Shown one piece after another: positions 1 through 11,207 of a stretch of DNA of 64,000 nucleotides (its first letter is position 1; every line of letters starts with the position of its first letter). The position numbers and the translations under genes were made by a program. This DNA comes from Cyanophora paradoxa CCMP329 (Eukaryota; Plantae; Glaucophyta), in contig QPMI01000436.1 in assembly GCA_004431415.1 (NCBI GenBank), forward strand, positions 310,001-374,000, given 5' to 3'. Under the pieces are notes generated by a model. It was given only the letters and a program-made list of their open reading frames with translations. It was not told the DNA's origin and did no database searches.

Positions 1-233
1 CTGAGCACAACAATTCAAAGTTGTTTTGCAGTGCGCTGGGGCCTTGAACTGGGCGCGGACGCGGTTTGTATGCTGTGTCCTTGAGTTCTTCTACTACTTC
101 TCCTCGTACTCGTTCTCCTTACCTTATGCGTTCTCGCGATCGCGTCCCTCTTGATCCCTCTTGATATATATATTGCTATCGTCTGCGATCCCTTTTAATT
201 TGTGATTATTTTGTTGGCGTTTAATATGGGGTA

Positions 234-489
234 CCGTGGAGCAGGAAAATACTGGGCCGGAAATTAGTGGACTAGAAAACTTGGCGCTCCCTTAGGCGAA
301 ATACTGGAGCCCGAAATTAGTGGATCGTGAAAATTTCGGGCTTGTATGGGGCGGTAATTACGGGGGGTACTGCATGGGGCAGCATCAAGGAAATACTGGA
401 GCCCGAAATTAGTGGACTGAGTCAAGATTTCGGTCCACTAATTTCGGGATCCATTAATTTTCTGCGTCCAGTGTTTTCCTGCTCTACGG
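234..489. mobile_element. Non-autonomous Tc1/mariner-pogo-type MITE
   Basis: Terminal inverted repeats CCGTGGAGCAGGAAAATACTGG / CCAGTGTTTTCCTGCTCTACGG (2 mismatches), flanked by TA at 232-233 and 490-491. Internal repeats of GAAATACTGGAGCCCGAAATTAGTGGA plus one inverted partial copy. Confidence 0.8.
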
Positions 490-677
490 TATGGGACGGA
501 CGCGGACGCGGTTTGTATGGGGCGCCCTGGAGAGGCCTTCGTCAAGGCGGACCTTCGCCTCTCAAGGTTTCATGAAAGTCGCCGTACCCTCCAAGCCATA
601 GCTCTAGCGCGGAAAATCAGGGCAAACAGCGGCGAATCGCGACGTACTGCAGCGGGCAACGCAGTGTGGAGAATAAC

Positions 678-2973
678 ATGACGTCCTCCAGCGCCGGCGC
701 ATACTCCGAGGGCCAGATGGTGGCCGGCGGCTTCCTTCGCACCGCTCTCTCGAACAAGGATGACCTAGTGAAGCGCCTGAAGGTACCTGCGCCGCCCCGA
801 AGCGTGCGGGCGCTGCGCTGCAGCTGCCTGACCGCTCCATCGCCAGGCGCTGCACACGTTCCTCGTTTCCTGCTCCCAGGACTACCCCAACTACAAGCTC
901 GAGGTGTATGCAGATCTCGTTGACAAGCGCCTCACGCAGCACGCCGTACGACCTCGTGCAAGCGTTCGTTTTTGCGCCCCATGCTGACGCTCGCCAAGGA
1001 CAAGACGGTCAAGGTATTCACAGCGTGCTGCCTATCCGACGTAATCCGCATCTTCGGTGCGCCGCGCCCAAGCTGCGGCGCGTCGCGCTCTGCTAATTTG
1101 AGCGTGTCCGTTCGAAACGAAGCTCCGGATCCTCCTTACGACGATGCGATACTCCGGGTTCGTTAATGAGCTCAACGCGTGCGCTTTTCGGCTGCGTGCA
1201 GCAGCCGCGAATGGCCGCCGAGGCCGCTCCGACAATTTGAATGAGACCCGCGGCGCAGCGGGTTTTCCTGCTCTTCTGCGAGCAATTCAAGGGCCTGCAC
1301 GACCGCTCCTGTCCACTTTTCTCGCGCTACATCTGGATGCTGGAGCGTCTGAACATCGTGAACGCGGCTGTGCGCTCGCCCGCGGCCCGCCGGGCTTCGC
1401 CCCCCTGATCTGATCCGCCCGCCCAGGTCCTGATGGTCAGCCTGGATATGGCGGACGAGCTGATGATGGAGAACGTTCGCACGCTTTTCGGGGTCATCTC
1501 GTGCGCGGCGGCTCCGCCCCCCGCGCGCCCCTCCCTCCGCCCGGGGCGCCCCCGCGAACGAGTCCCCACCGTGCAGGAGCGTCCACAGCAACAAGGTGGA
1601 GCGGGAGATCGTCTCGTGGCTGGCGGCCGTGATCAACGAGGCGGACGGCCTCTCGAACAGGTTCCTGGGAGAGATCCTGCAGAACCTGGTACCCCCCGTG
1701 CGGGAGGAGCACAAGGATCGCTACCGGCTCGCCCGAAAGCTGGTCGAGGTCACAGCGCCGCGCATCGAGCGTCCCGTCACCGAGTTTCTCACCGCCCTTC
1801 TCGCCGACGACTCGGTGCACCGTCCCCTCTGTGGAGACTCCGATTAGAATTCAATTTCGCTCGAAATTCAAATTTTAACTCACCAGAAGGCGCGGGACGA
1901 GGAGATTCCGCCCGTGCTCCAGAAGCAGGTTATGGAGCTCCTCGTCGAGCTGGGCGCCGTCGGCCCCAACTTCGTGTTCGCCGCCCTGCCCCTCATCGAC
2001 GACCAGCTGCGGGTCCGCGGCGGGCCGGCCGGCCCTTCTGGAAGGCTTTCTCTGCTTTCGGTTCGATATACGCGACCGCAGAGTGACGAGGTGGACGTGA
2101 GGCTCCGGGCCATGGAGATGAGCGTTCGCCTGGTGGAGAGGGAGCAGCGGGGGCCCGTCGCCGGCCCGGGCGCCGTCCCCGCGAACTTTGTCCAGCGGTC
2201 CGCTTCCCCCCCCCGCCCGCTTCCCCCTCTCCCTCTCCCCTCCCCATTCCACCCCCCTCCCCCCCCCCGCCCCCCTCCCCCCTCCCCTCGTCCCCTCCTC
2301 TCCTCTATCTTCCCTCCCTTGGGAGGGCTGAGGGCCCCGCAGGCTCGACGACATGAGCAGCAAGGTGCGCGAGATTATGTGCGGGCACGCGAGGACCCTG
2401 CTGCTCAACATCCAGCCGGGAAACCCCCTCTTCGACGAGATTGTCGGTGCGCGCGGCCTTCGGAGCGGTTTTCGGCTGGCTCTCGGAGCACGCGGCTGAT
2501 CCCGTGCGACCGCAGCCAAGTGCGAGGTGCGGACGCAAGACGGGGAAGAGCGGGTCCGCCTGGCGGCCGCGGCGGCCCTCTGGGGTGCGCGCGGTCCCGC
2601 CCCGCCGGCCCTGCCCGTCTCGCTCCGCTGACGCGGCCTCAGACGCGATGCGGGAGCGCCCGTCCGCGAAGCTTCACAAGCGGGAGAGCACCGTCGCTGC
2701 GGTCTCCCGATGCCTACTCGACCGCAAGGCGCGCCGGCGCCGGCGCCTTGGAAGGCGCGCAGGCCGACCCCTGTGCTCACGTGAGGGCGAGCCGCAGGTG
2801 ACAGTCCGGCGAGAGGCAGCCAAGCGGCTCGCGGAGGCGTACGTCGAAACCATCGCGCACGATGCGGGCGCCTGGGCGCTCCTCGCCGCCATCCCCGCGC
2901 GGCTCTTCGCCGCCTACTGCTCCCTCGCTAACCCTTCCCAGAACGAAGACCGGTGCGCCGCTCAGATTTGTGC

Positions 2974-3006
<33 letters not shown>

Positions 3007-6000
3007 CGACACGATGCGAAGCGTGTTCTTGGACGGGGTCATCGAGGACGTGCTTCTCGGGACGTCGGTGGCGCCTGAGGCGCGCGCGCGCCGCATGCTC
3101 GCGCTCTACCGGTCCTGCCACGCGAGCAACGGCGAGGGCCGCTTCTCCGCCGGGTTCCTTGGGGCCTACCTGAGGGAGCACGCACGGCGCGCCCGCGCCC
3201 GGCCGCCTCGCTCCCCACTCTGCCCGCTCTTACCGTCCCCAGCAGCTGCATGAAGCTCATGGGGAAGCTGGCTGAGCTCCGGGCCGCGGGGAAGGTGCGG
3301 GGCGGGGGCAAGCAGCGCCGAGTTCGTATAGCTCCGATGTGCTGAACTTCCACCCAGACGCTGGAGAGCTCGCCCGTGTCGCCCGTCGAGGCATGCATCC
3401 GCATGCTGGCGCAGGGGTTCCCCGCCCCCGATGACACGCTGAAGCAGCTGCGCGCCGCGTACTCCCACAAGGACAACAAGGCCCGCCTTTGCTCCTTTCA
3501 CGAGTTTAAAAGGAGCTGAGAGCGCCCCGCAGATCTTCGCGGCGCTTGCCAAGGCGTCCGACGCGGACACGGAGCCCGGCGCCGCCCGTTCGGCCCTCGT
3601 GCGCCCCGTGCGCGACGCGCACCCGCGACCCCGGCCGACCGCGCCGCGCCGCGCCGCGCAGGCGGACGCGCTGGCGCGCATGGGGGCGGCCGAAGACGGG
3701 GACCACGAGCCGGTCCTGGCGGTGCTGCGCCGGGCCACGGCAACTTCGCTCTCGGGGCCGTCGCGCGCGAGCTGGCGGCCATCGCGGCTGCGGCCGCGCC
3801 CGCGCCGGCTGCGCCCAAGGCCGGCAAGCCGGCCTCCTCCGAGGACCGGGAGGGGGCCGAGGCCGAAGCCGCCGCGGCGCTCGCGCTTCTGAAGGCGAGC
3901 GGCCGGCTCTCTCTCACTTCCTCTTTCCCTCGGCCTATGAGGATCTCGCTCGCAGGCGATGAGCGAGGCGTGCCCGCGGTCGGTTGCCGCCGCGGCCCCC
4001 GCGCTCGTCTCGCTCGTGGGCCACGCGTCGCTGGCCGAAAGGGCCCTGGTCTGCCTCGTCCCCACTGTCCCCGAGCTCGCGACGCGCGACCCGGACGCCC
4101 TCGAGTGCGCAGCTCCTGGCTCACAGCTCGTTTCATTCGTTCTGGGACGAGGGGCGGCGGCAGGGACCTGCGTGGCCGGCTGGCACCCGTTGTTGAAGCG
4201 CGGTGCGGGGGCGGGCGGGCGGCGAAGGCGGCCGTGCGCCTCGCGGCGGTGGCGGGGGCCGATGAGGCCTCGGACCTGCTCGGGGACGCGTTCCGCAAGC
4301 TCGCCGGGGCCCTGCCGAGGCTCGCGGGGCCGGATCTGCGGGCCGCCCTCCGCGTCCTCGCTGCCTTCGCTTTCCACCTCCCGCTGGCGCGGCGGCGTCC
4401 ACCCGCCCCGCCCGCGCCGCCGCCGCCGCCGCCGCTGCTGCGCGCCATGAACTGACGACGACGCCGCGCAGCTGTTCGACGCGGAGAAGAAGAAGCTGAC
4501 GAGCCTCCTCGTCAGCGGCATCATCTTCAGCGGCAGCAGCACCAAGGTGCCCTCGCCCCCCGCGCCCGCGCTCGCGCGCCCCGCTGCGCCCGCTCAGCCT
4601 TCCGCCGCAGTCTCCGGCCAAGGAGGGCGGCAAGAAGGAGCGGCGGCAGGCGGCCGCCGGCGAGCCGAGCGAGGACGCGTGCATCCGCGTGCGCTCGGCC
4701 CCGACGCGCGCCCCACGATCGAGCCAGCGAGAGCGCGCGCGGGGCAGGCGGCGGCGGCGAAGGTCCTCGTCAAGTTTTTGCTCGGTCTCGGCAAGGCGGA
4801 CGCGCAGGCGGCCGGCGGCGCCGTCGTCAAGGTCCTCCAGCGCCTCATGGCCCAGCGGCCCGCCGCCGCCGACGACTCCAGCCAGTGCGCCTTCTCTCGA
4901 AGTTCTGCTCTAGAGCTCAATTCACCTCCGCTCTCCCCTCTTAGCTTATTGCGGGCGGCAGGGCGGCGGTGGACGCCGAGTACCTTCGGCAGGTGGCGGC
5001 GCTGAGCCTGGCGCGGGCGACGGCCGGGCAGCACCTCTCGCGGCTTCTGACGCCCGAGCTCTCCCTCGCCGCGTGCTGGCCCATGCTCGGCGAGACGCCG
5101 GCCCTGCGGCGGCGCTTCGTGACCAAGCTGGAGCGGCTCGGGCGGGAGGGCATGGCGCCCCGCTTCCTCGTCGCCCTCGCGCTAGGCGCCGAGGACTCGG
5201 CCAAGCCCATCGCCGCCGCCGTGCGCCGCCTATCGTATCGCTTCGCCCGCGCCTCGCGCCGAGCGCGGCCCGTCCCGCAGGCCTGCGCGGCCCTCCGGAG
5301 CACGATGGCGGACTGGAAGCGACGCACCGCCAACACGCCCGCCAAGGCGAGCGCACGGCTCGCCCCCGAGCCGTCCGTTCGCCTGACCTTCTCCGGGGTA
5401 CAGGTCTTGGAGGACCTTGTCCCGTTCCTCGTCTTCGTCGTCGCGCACCGCCCAAACTTCACGCACGATCAGCCCGGCGTGCGCCGCTCCGCCCCGGCCG
5501 CCTACGCCGCCCCATCCTCTTTCCTGAGCGACCCGGCGCGCCCGCGGCAGTACAAGGGCGCGGCCCGGTGTCTGCAGGCGTACCTACAGCCCCTTATCGA
5601 GGCACGCCTCGCCCTCCCGCCCCCTCTGTCCCTCTCACCCGCCGCCCGCAGCTGGGGCGCGGGGACAACTTCCCGTACGTCCAGCAGCTGCTCTGCTCCG
5701 TGAAGCAGACCGACGACGCCCTGGATCCGAGATCCACCGTGCGTCCTTTTGATTAGATGAGCCGTATTCTAACGCTCGATCTTCTTCTGATATAGATCTA
5801 TTCATCTATTCGTATTCATATTCTGCTGCAAGAACGATTGATCCTAGAGTCTCTCTGATCTAATCAAACCTCCCTCTAATCTCCTCTAATCTCCTCTCCT
5901 TCTTTTCTCCTCTAATCTCCTCCTCGTCCCCCCTCCGAAGGCCCTCCTGGAGGTCGCGGAACTGGCCCTGCTCGTCGCCCTCGACGCGGCGCGCACGAAG

Positions 6001-7426
6001 CCGGCCGCCGCCGGGCCCTCCGCCCTCGTCCCCCAGGTGCTTCTTCTACCCCTCCCTCCCGCCCCTCCCTCCCTCCCTCAGCGAGGCGGCTTCAGGTCTT
6101 GCTCTGGCCCGACTTCTTCCTCTCCCTGGACCGCGCCGCGGCGGCGCAGCGGGTCCAGTCCCCGCCACCTTCCCCTTCCATCCCCCGCTTGACTTGTCGC
6201 CGCCCCGCGGACCACAGCTTTCCACGCAATTTGTCCCCACCGACATTCTGAAGCCCGCGCGCCTGCAGCCCGCCCGGCCCGCGCCCGGCGTCTTCTCACT
6301 ACAGGCGGGGTGCAGGGCGCTGGACGGAAGGCCGCTGCCCTCACCGACGACACTCCTAACAGGCCCTCCCGCGTGGGCTTCCGCACCCTCACCCACCGCC
6401 CCCCTTGCCCAACGCGCACCGCCCGCCGCAGAAGGGCAAGCAGGGCCCCTTGCGCGCCTCTCAACAGGTCCCCGGCTGCTCTTTCCTCTCTCTTCTCTCC
6501 CCTATTGTCATGTGGCGTTGCAGTCCGCGTCCCTCAGCGCGCGTCCCAAGCCTGCCGTCCGGCGGAGGAGGCGCTCCTCGACTGACGAAGGAAGCGAGGT
6601 CGAGGGCGAGGACACGAGCGGGGGCGAGGAGGGGCAGGGGCAGGGGCGGGCGAACGCTCGCCCGGCCGAGTGCGTCGCCTGGCCGCGCAGACCCCCTGAT
6701 CCCGCCTCCCGAGCGCGGGCGCGTGCAGGAGGCCGAGGCGCGGCGCGAAGGAGGCGGCGCAGCGGCAGATGAGGAGGCAGGCGGCCGAGCAGCGGGACGG
6801 GAGCAGCGCCGTCGAGGAGGAGGAGCAAGAGGGGGAGCGCGCCCCCAAGAAGCCGTCGGCAGAGGCCAAGAGGCAGCCCGCGGAGAACGGGTGCGGCTCC
6901 GTTTGGGTGGAGTGGCCGCGGCGAGCTATATATCTAAGAATTAAAGCGACTCGCGCGCAGGAAGCGAAAGCGGGAGCCGGCGCCGACCCCGAAGAGTGCG
7001 AAGGCCGCCGAGGCACAGGGGAGCGACGGCGAGATCGGCGGGAGCGATGCCAAGTCGTCGAGCCCCCCGCTGGCCAAGTGTGCCGCTGCCCGTCCGCTGC
7101 CCCTGACCCGCTGACGTCGCTGCAGGAAAGCGCCGGCAGCCAAAAAGGCGGCTAAGAAAGCTGCGTCCGTCGAGGCGAGCTCCTCCTCGTCCGCCTCGAG
7201 CGGGGGCGAAGAAGAAGGGGGAGAGGGCGAGTGCAGCGAGGGCGGTCCGGAGCCGCTGGCGGCGGCGAAGGCGGTGGCCCGGCGGTGGCCGCGCGGGAAG
7301 GCGGTCCCAGCCGGGAGAAAGCCCCAGGGGAAGGCAAAGGGGAAGGCGCCCGAGAGGCCCGAGCCTCCAGCAAAACCAGCCACAAAGCTCTCTGCCAAGG
7401 TCGGCGCGGGGAAAAGCACGGGGTGA
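678..7426 (+). CDS. PDS5: Sister chromatid cohesion protein PDS5 (multi-exon; boundaries approximate)
   Basis: Exon peptides KDDLVKRLK, KDKTVKVFTACCLSDVIRIF|APDPPYDD, DRK|VTVRREA, HKDNK|IF, VLEDLVPFLVFVVAHRPNF and NFPYVQQLLCSVKQTDDALDP match PDS5 motifs in the expected order, followed by a Lys/Ala/Glu-rich disordered tail. Many introns of about 50-100 nt. Confidence 0.88.
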
Positions 7427-8665
7427 CCGCGCGGCCACCTGCAGTGGCCCGGCGGACCGAAGCCGTCCACTTTCCTATCCCTCCAGGCAGTGCTGCTCAT
7501 TGTGTGGTAGCGGGGATCAAAATTCGAGATCTATTTTGTGGCCGAGCTTATAGCTAGTCCCACTTAGACTTGATGGGAGACTCGGGTGATGAAATGCGCA
7601 TCACTGAGTCAAGGCGTCTCAAATTTTTCATTACGTGGAAACTGATGCGATATCTCTCATATTGTAGTCTGTGACGGCGTGCAATAAATACGAGAAGAAC
7701 TGCCCATAGCTACCGCTACCCTTCAAACCCGAAGCTGAAGTTCGGAAAATTCGAGTTTACAGAGACGAATTCCAGCATGGCACAAGAAATGGGACCACCG
7801 TGCCGCTGGCTGGGCGCTCAACGGAAACCGAATTCAATGATTCGGAATCAGGAATCCCGCTGGCTAATCCGTGGAACAGTGGCCCAGAAGTTTTGCTGGG
7901 GGGCAGCACATCGATACACGAGCCTCGGAGCAAAACGCGGGGGCTGAATTAGAAGGTACATAAAAAAAGGTCGGTCCGGGACCAGAGAGAGCGCGAATTC
8001 GAATACACCGTCAACGATAGATAACTTACTATAGTACAAGCGGAGGCCGCCGCTGTGACACAAGGTACAACGTCAACGTCGAGAATCTCGCATTTCATGA
8101 TCAGCAGACGGGGGCGAGATCGACGGAGGAGCGGTGCAGGGGCATGGGCTCCCGCAGTGCGCGAGGAGGGCGCTGCCGCCGAGGTCGGCGAAGGAGGCGG
8201 CGGCCCTGAAGGTGGAGGCATGGTGGGTAAACGCCCCGGCGTAGAAGGACTCGAGGATCCGCACCGCCTCGGCCACCTCCGCCTCACGCCCCAGCTCCTC
8301 CGCCCGCGCCTTGACGTGCCGAGCTCCCGATGAATGGGTAGGCGGGGTACGGCAGCCGGCAGGGCGACGAGGTCTGGGGCTTGGACTCGGCGGGCGATTT
8401 CAAAGACGAGGAGCCACCAGACCCGTATCCCTACCATCGCGATGAATCAGTGACTGCACGGCAAACACAAAATTGAACAGCACTAGTATGTAACAAAACC
8501 AAAAGCGCTACAGGCCAGGACAATATCGCAAAAGCGACTTCTCTTCGACATTTAAAAACAAGCGCAAGAGCTGGACACCGCAGCATGCTGGGAAAACAAG
8601 GAGAGAATGTCGCAGCCTTGCAGGCCTCCAGCGGATCCAGAAAAAGGAGGCACCGGGCGGCCGCC

Positions 8666-10281
8666 TCAGGAAAAGCGGCGGGCGCGGTCGAAGGAGAAGC
8701 GCGGGGAGTGGGACGGGGACGGGGGCGGGCGGTAGGCGGTCGGTCCGGGGCTCCACGCCCCGAGGCTCTCCGACTCAAACTCGCGCCCCATGTACACAGC
8801 CTTGCGTGGCTCCGCCTGCGGCCGCACCCGCTGCGGGCTCGTCCCGAACCCGTAGCCCCCCGAGCCCAGCAGGCTCTTGTCCCGCTCCTTCCCCATCGTC
8901 GGCCGCACTGCATACTGAGGCGCGGGCAACGGTCGCTCGCGGGGGGTACGGGGCGGGGCGGGAAAGAGGGCAGGGGGGCTTCCGCGCACGGAGCCGGGGC
9001 CGGGGCCGGTGGGGGCCGAGCGGCTCGTCACTGCGGCGGACGGCTCGTCAGTGGGGCGCGGGGGCCTGGGCAAGGCCATGCCAGGCCGGGGCGGGGCAGT
9101 GCGGCGCACGGAGGCCTGCGTTCGGGGAGGACGGGGGCGGGAAGACCCGCTGCGGCGCCGTGCCGAAGCTGAAGCGCGGGGCTCCGTCCCCGGGCGCCGC
9201 TTTCGGCCCCGCGTACGCCCCTGTACCCTCCGGCTCAGGTGAAAAAAAAGGGAGGATAGAAGGGAGGTACGGACCGGGCCCGGGGGAGTGCAGGCCGCGG
9301 TTCACCGAAGCGAACTCCTCACCGAAGTACGGCACCTGAGGAGGGGGGGAGGGGTGGGGGGGGGGGGGGGGGGGGGGCGAGGGGGCATGGAAAGTAAGGG
9401 ATAAGGGATTTCGAGTTCTTTCGTGCTGGGGATGGTACGGGCCTTCTTGGGCTCGGTGTCGGGCCGGAGGCGGTGCGGCTCGGAGCCGATGCGCGCGGCG
9501 GGGCCCGGGGCCGGCGGTCGCGGCTCGTACTTCCCAACGGGCGGCGCCACCTCTGCCCCGGCGCACCTCAGCCGTGCGCTCGGCCGCGGGAGCGAGCGAC
9601 CCGTACCCCTGGGCTTGGCGAAGCGGCTGGACTTGCCCATCGAGTAGACGGGGGTACGCGACTGCAGCTTCGCGAACTGCTCCGGGCTTGCCCTGCGCCG
9701 CCGCGTCGACGTCGGCACCCCGGCGGACAGAGGCGGGGGGGGGGGGGGGGGGTACGCACGAGGCGAGGGGCGGCGGGGGATCGTTGCGGCCGCGGGGGGG
9801 CGAGAAGGAGGCGCGCTGGGGCGCCCTGCCCGTGCTGAAGGAGGGGCCGGTCTTGCCCAGCCCGAACGGGTCGCTCTTGGGGTAGCTGTTCGAAGGCGTA
9901 AGGGCTCAGCAGAAAGAGTAAAAATTACTAGTAGATCACTTTCAAGAAGAGACGGCTTAAGAGCTCAGTAGAAAGAGCGAACTTATCAGTAGATGAAGCT
10001 AAAGAAGCGAAGGCTAAAGAGCCGGGAGGAGGGCAGGGCTGGGAGGGGGGTACACCCTCGACCGACCTGCCGGGTCCCGGGGAAACGCTCGCCGACCGGG
10101 GCGACGCGTCCCGCTTGCTCATGGCGAACGCAGGCCCCGCCTTCTTCGCCGAGTCGCCGCCTCCAGCGGCACGTTGTACCTATACCCGGCTGAGTGGGGG
10201 GGCGCGGACTTTCGACCCGCCCTTCGACCCGCTGGGCGTGCGGGGGCGTCCCTCGGAAGAGGTGCGGGAGCGCGCGGACAT
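8666..10281 (-). CDS. SHIPPO/PGP-repeat axonemal protein (ODF3/STPG-like), copy A; 5' end uncertain
   Basis: Exon peptides TPVYSMGKSSRF, PPVGKYEP, HSPGPGPY, PRFSFGTAPQR, GYGFGTSPQR, WSPGPTAY and PRFSFDRARRF are SHIPPO-type repeats. Confidence 0.75.
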
Positions 10282-10385
10282 CCTCCAGCGAAGAAGTAGC
10301 CTCGCCCCCAGCCTAGCCCAGCCTAGCCCAGCCCTCTCTTTAACCCCGCACGGGCGCGAGCTAAGCAAGCCTCTAAGCGCACCCT

Positions 10386-10470
10386 CCAGCCTCGCCCAGC
10401 CTAGCCCAGCCTAGCCCAGCCTAGCCCAGCCTCGCCCGGCCTAGCCCAGCCTATCCCGGCCTCGCCCGGC
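10386..10470. repeat. 10-bp minisatellite (CCAGCCTAGC)n, about 8 units
   Basis: Direct tandem copies, with variants CCTCGC and CCCGGC; a shorter array at about 10307-10333. Confidence 0.85.
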
Positions 10471-11207
10471 CCAGCCTCCAGCCGCGCGGGCCCAGGACGG
10501 ACCTGCTCGGCGACGGCGGCCACGAAGCCCTGAGGGCGGCGTCGGCCGCCTCCCCGTCGCCCGCCTCGCCCGCCGCCCGCTCCGTCGGGTCCGCCCCCGC
10601 GTGCCGCCCCACGTCCAGCAGCCGCGACGAGACGCCCCCGCGCTGCAGGAAGGAAGGAAGGGGACGGGGCCGGGGCGGTCGTACCCCGGGGCGGGGGCGG
10701 GGCTCGGGCCCGAGGGCCGCAGAGGGGTTCGCGGCTCGCGGAGCGAGAGGGCGGGCGGGGCCCGGCGGCCCCTTTGGCCTCCGCCAGCGCCGCGTCCGAG
10801 GGAGAGCGCGCGGGCGCGGGCCGGGCGCGGGGGCGCCGCCGCCCGCCCCGTCGCTCCCCGCAGAGAAGGCGCGTCGAGCGAGGGGCGGCGCCGGCGGGGC
10901 GGGCGGGCGGGCAGGCGGGCGGGCGGCCTGGGTGGCCCGCCCGCCCGCCTCGCACAGGACTGTCTACTAGCTATAGGGCTAGGCATAGGATTCTAGGAAG
11001 TCCCGAAGTCCCGGAGTCCAGCCCTAGCAGGTGCGAAACTACGTAGAAATTAGAGAGCACGTGTATATTTGTTCGAATCCCCGATCGTATATCACACATG
11101 AGAGCCATTGAAATCTGATATCGAGCTTCGGAATTCAATTTCAATCAGGATTTGCTCGGGGTATAAATTAATGCATACGTAATGGGCACCAGACTGCTGT
11201 TCTCTGT

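Noticed and set aside
8073-8330. Small minus-strand coding fragment (ARHVKARAEELGREAEVAEAVRILESFY...)
   Set aside because: Looks protein-like, but I cannot assign a family, start or gene structure.
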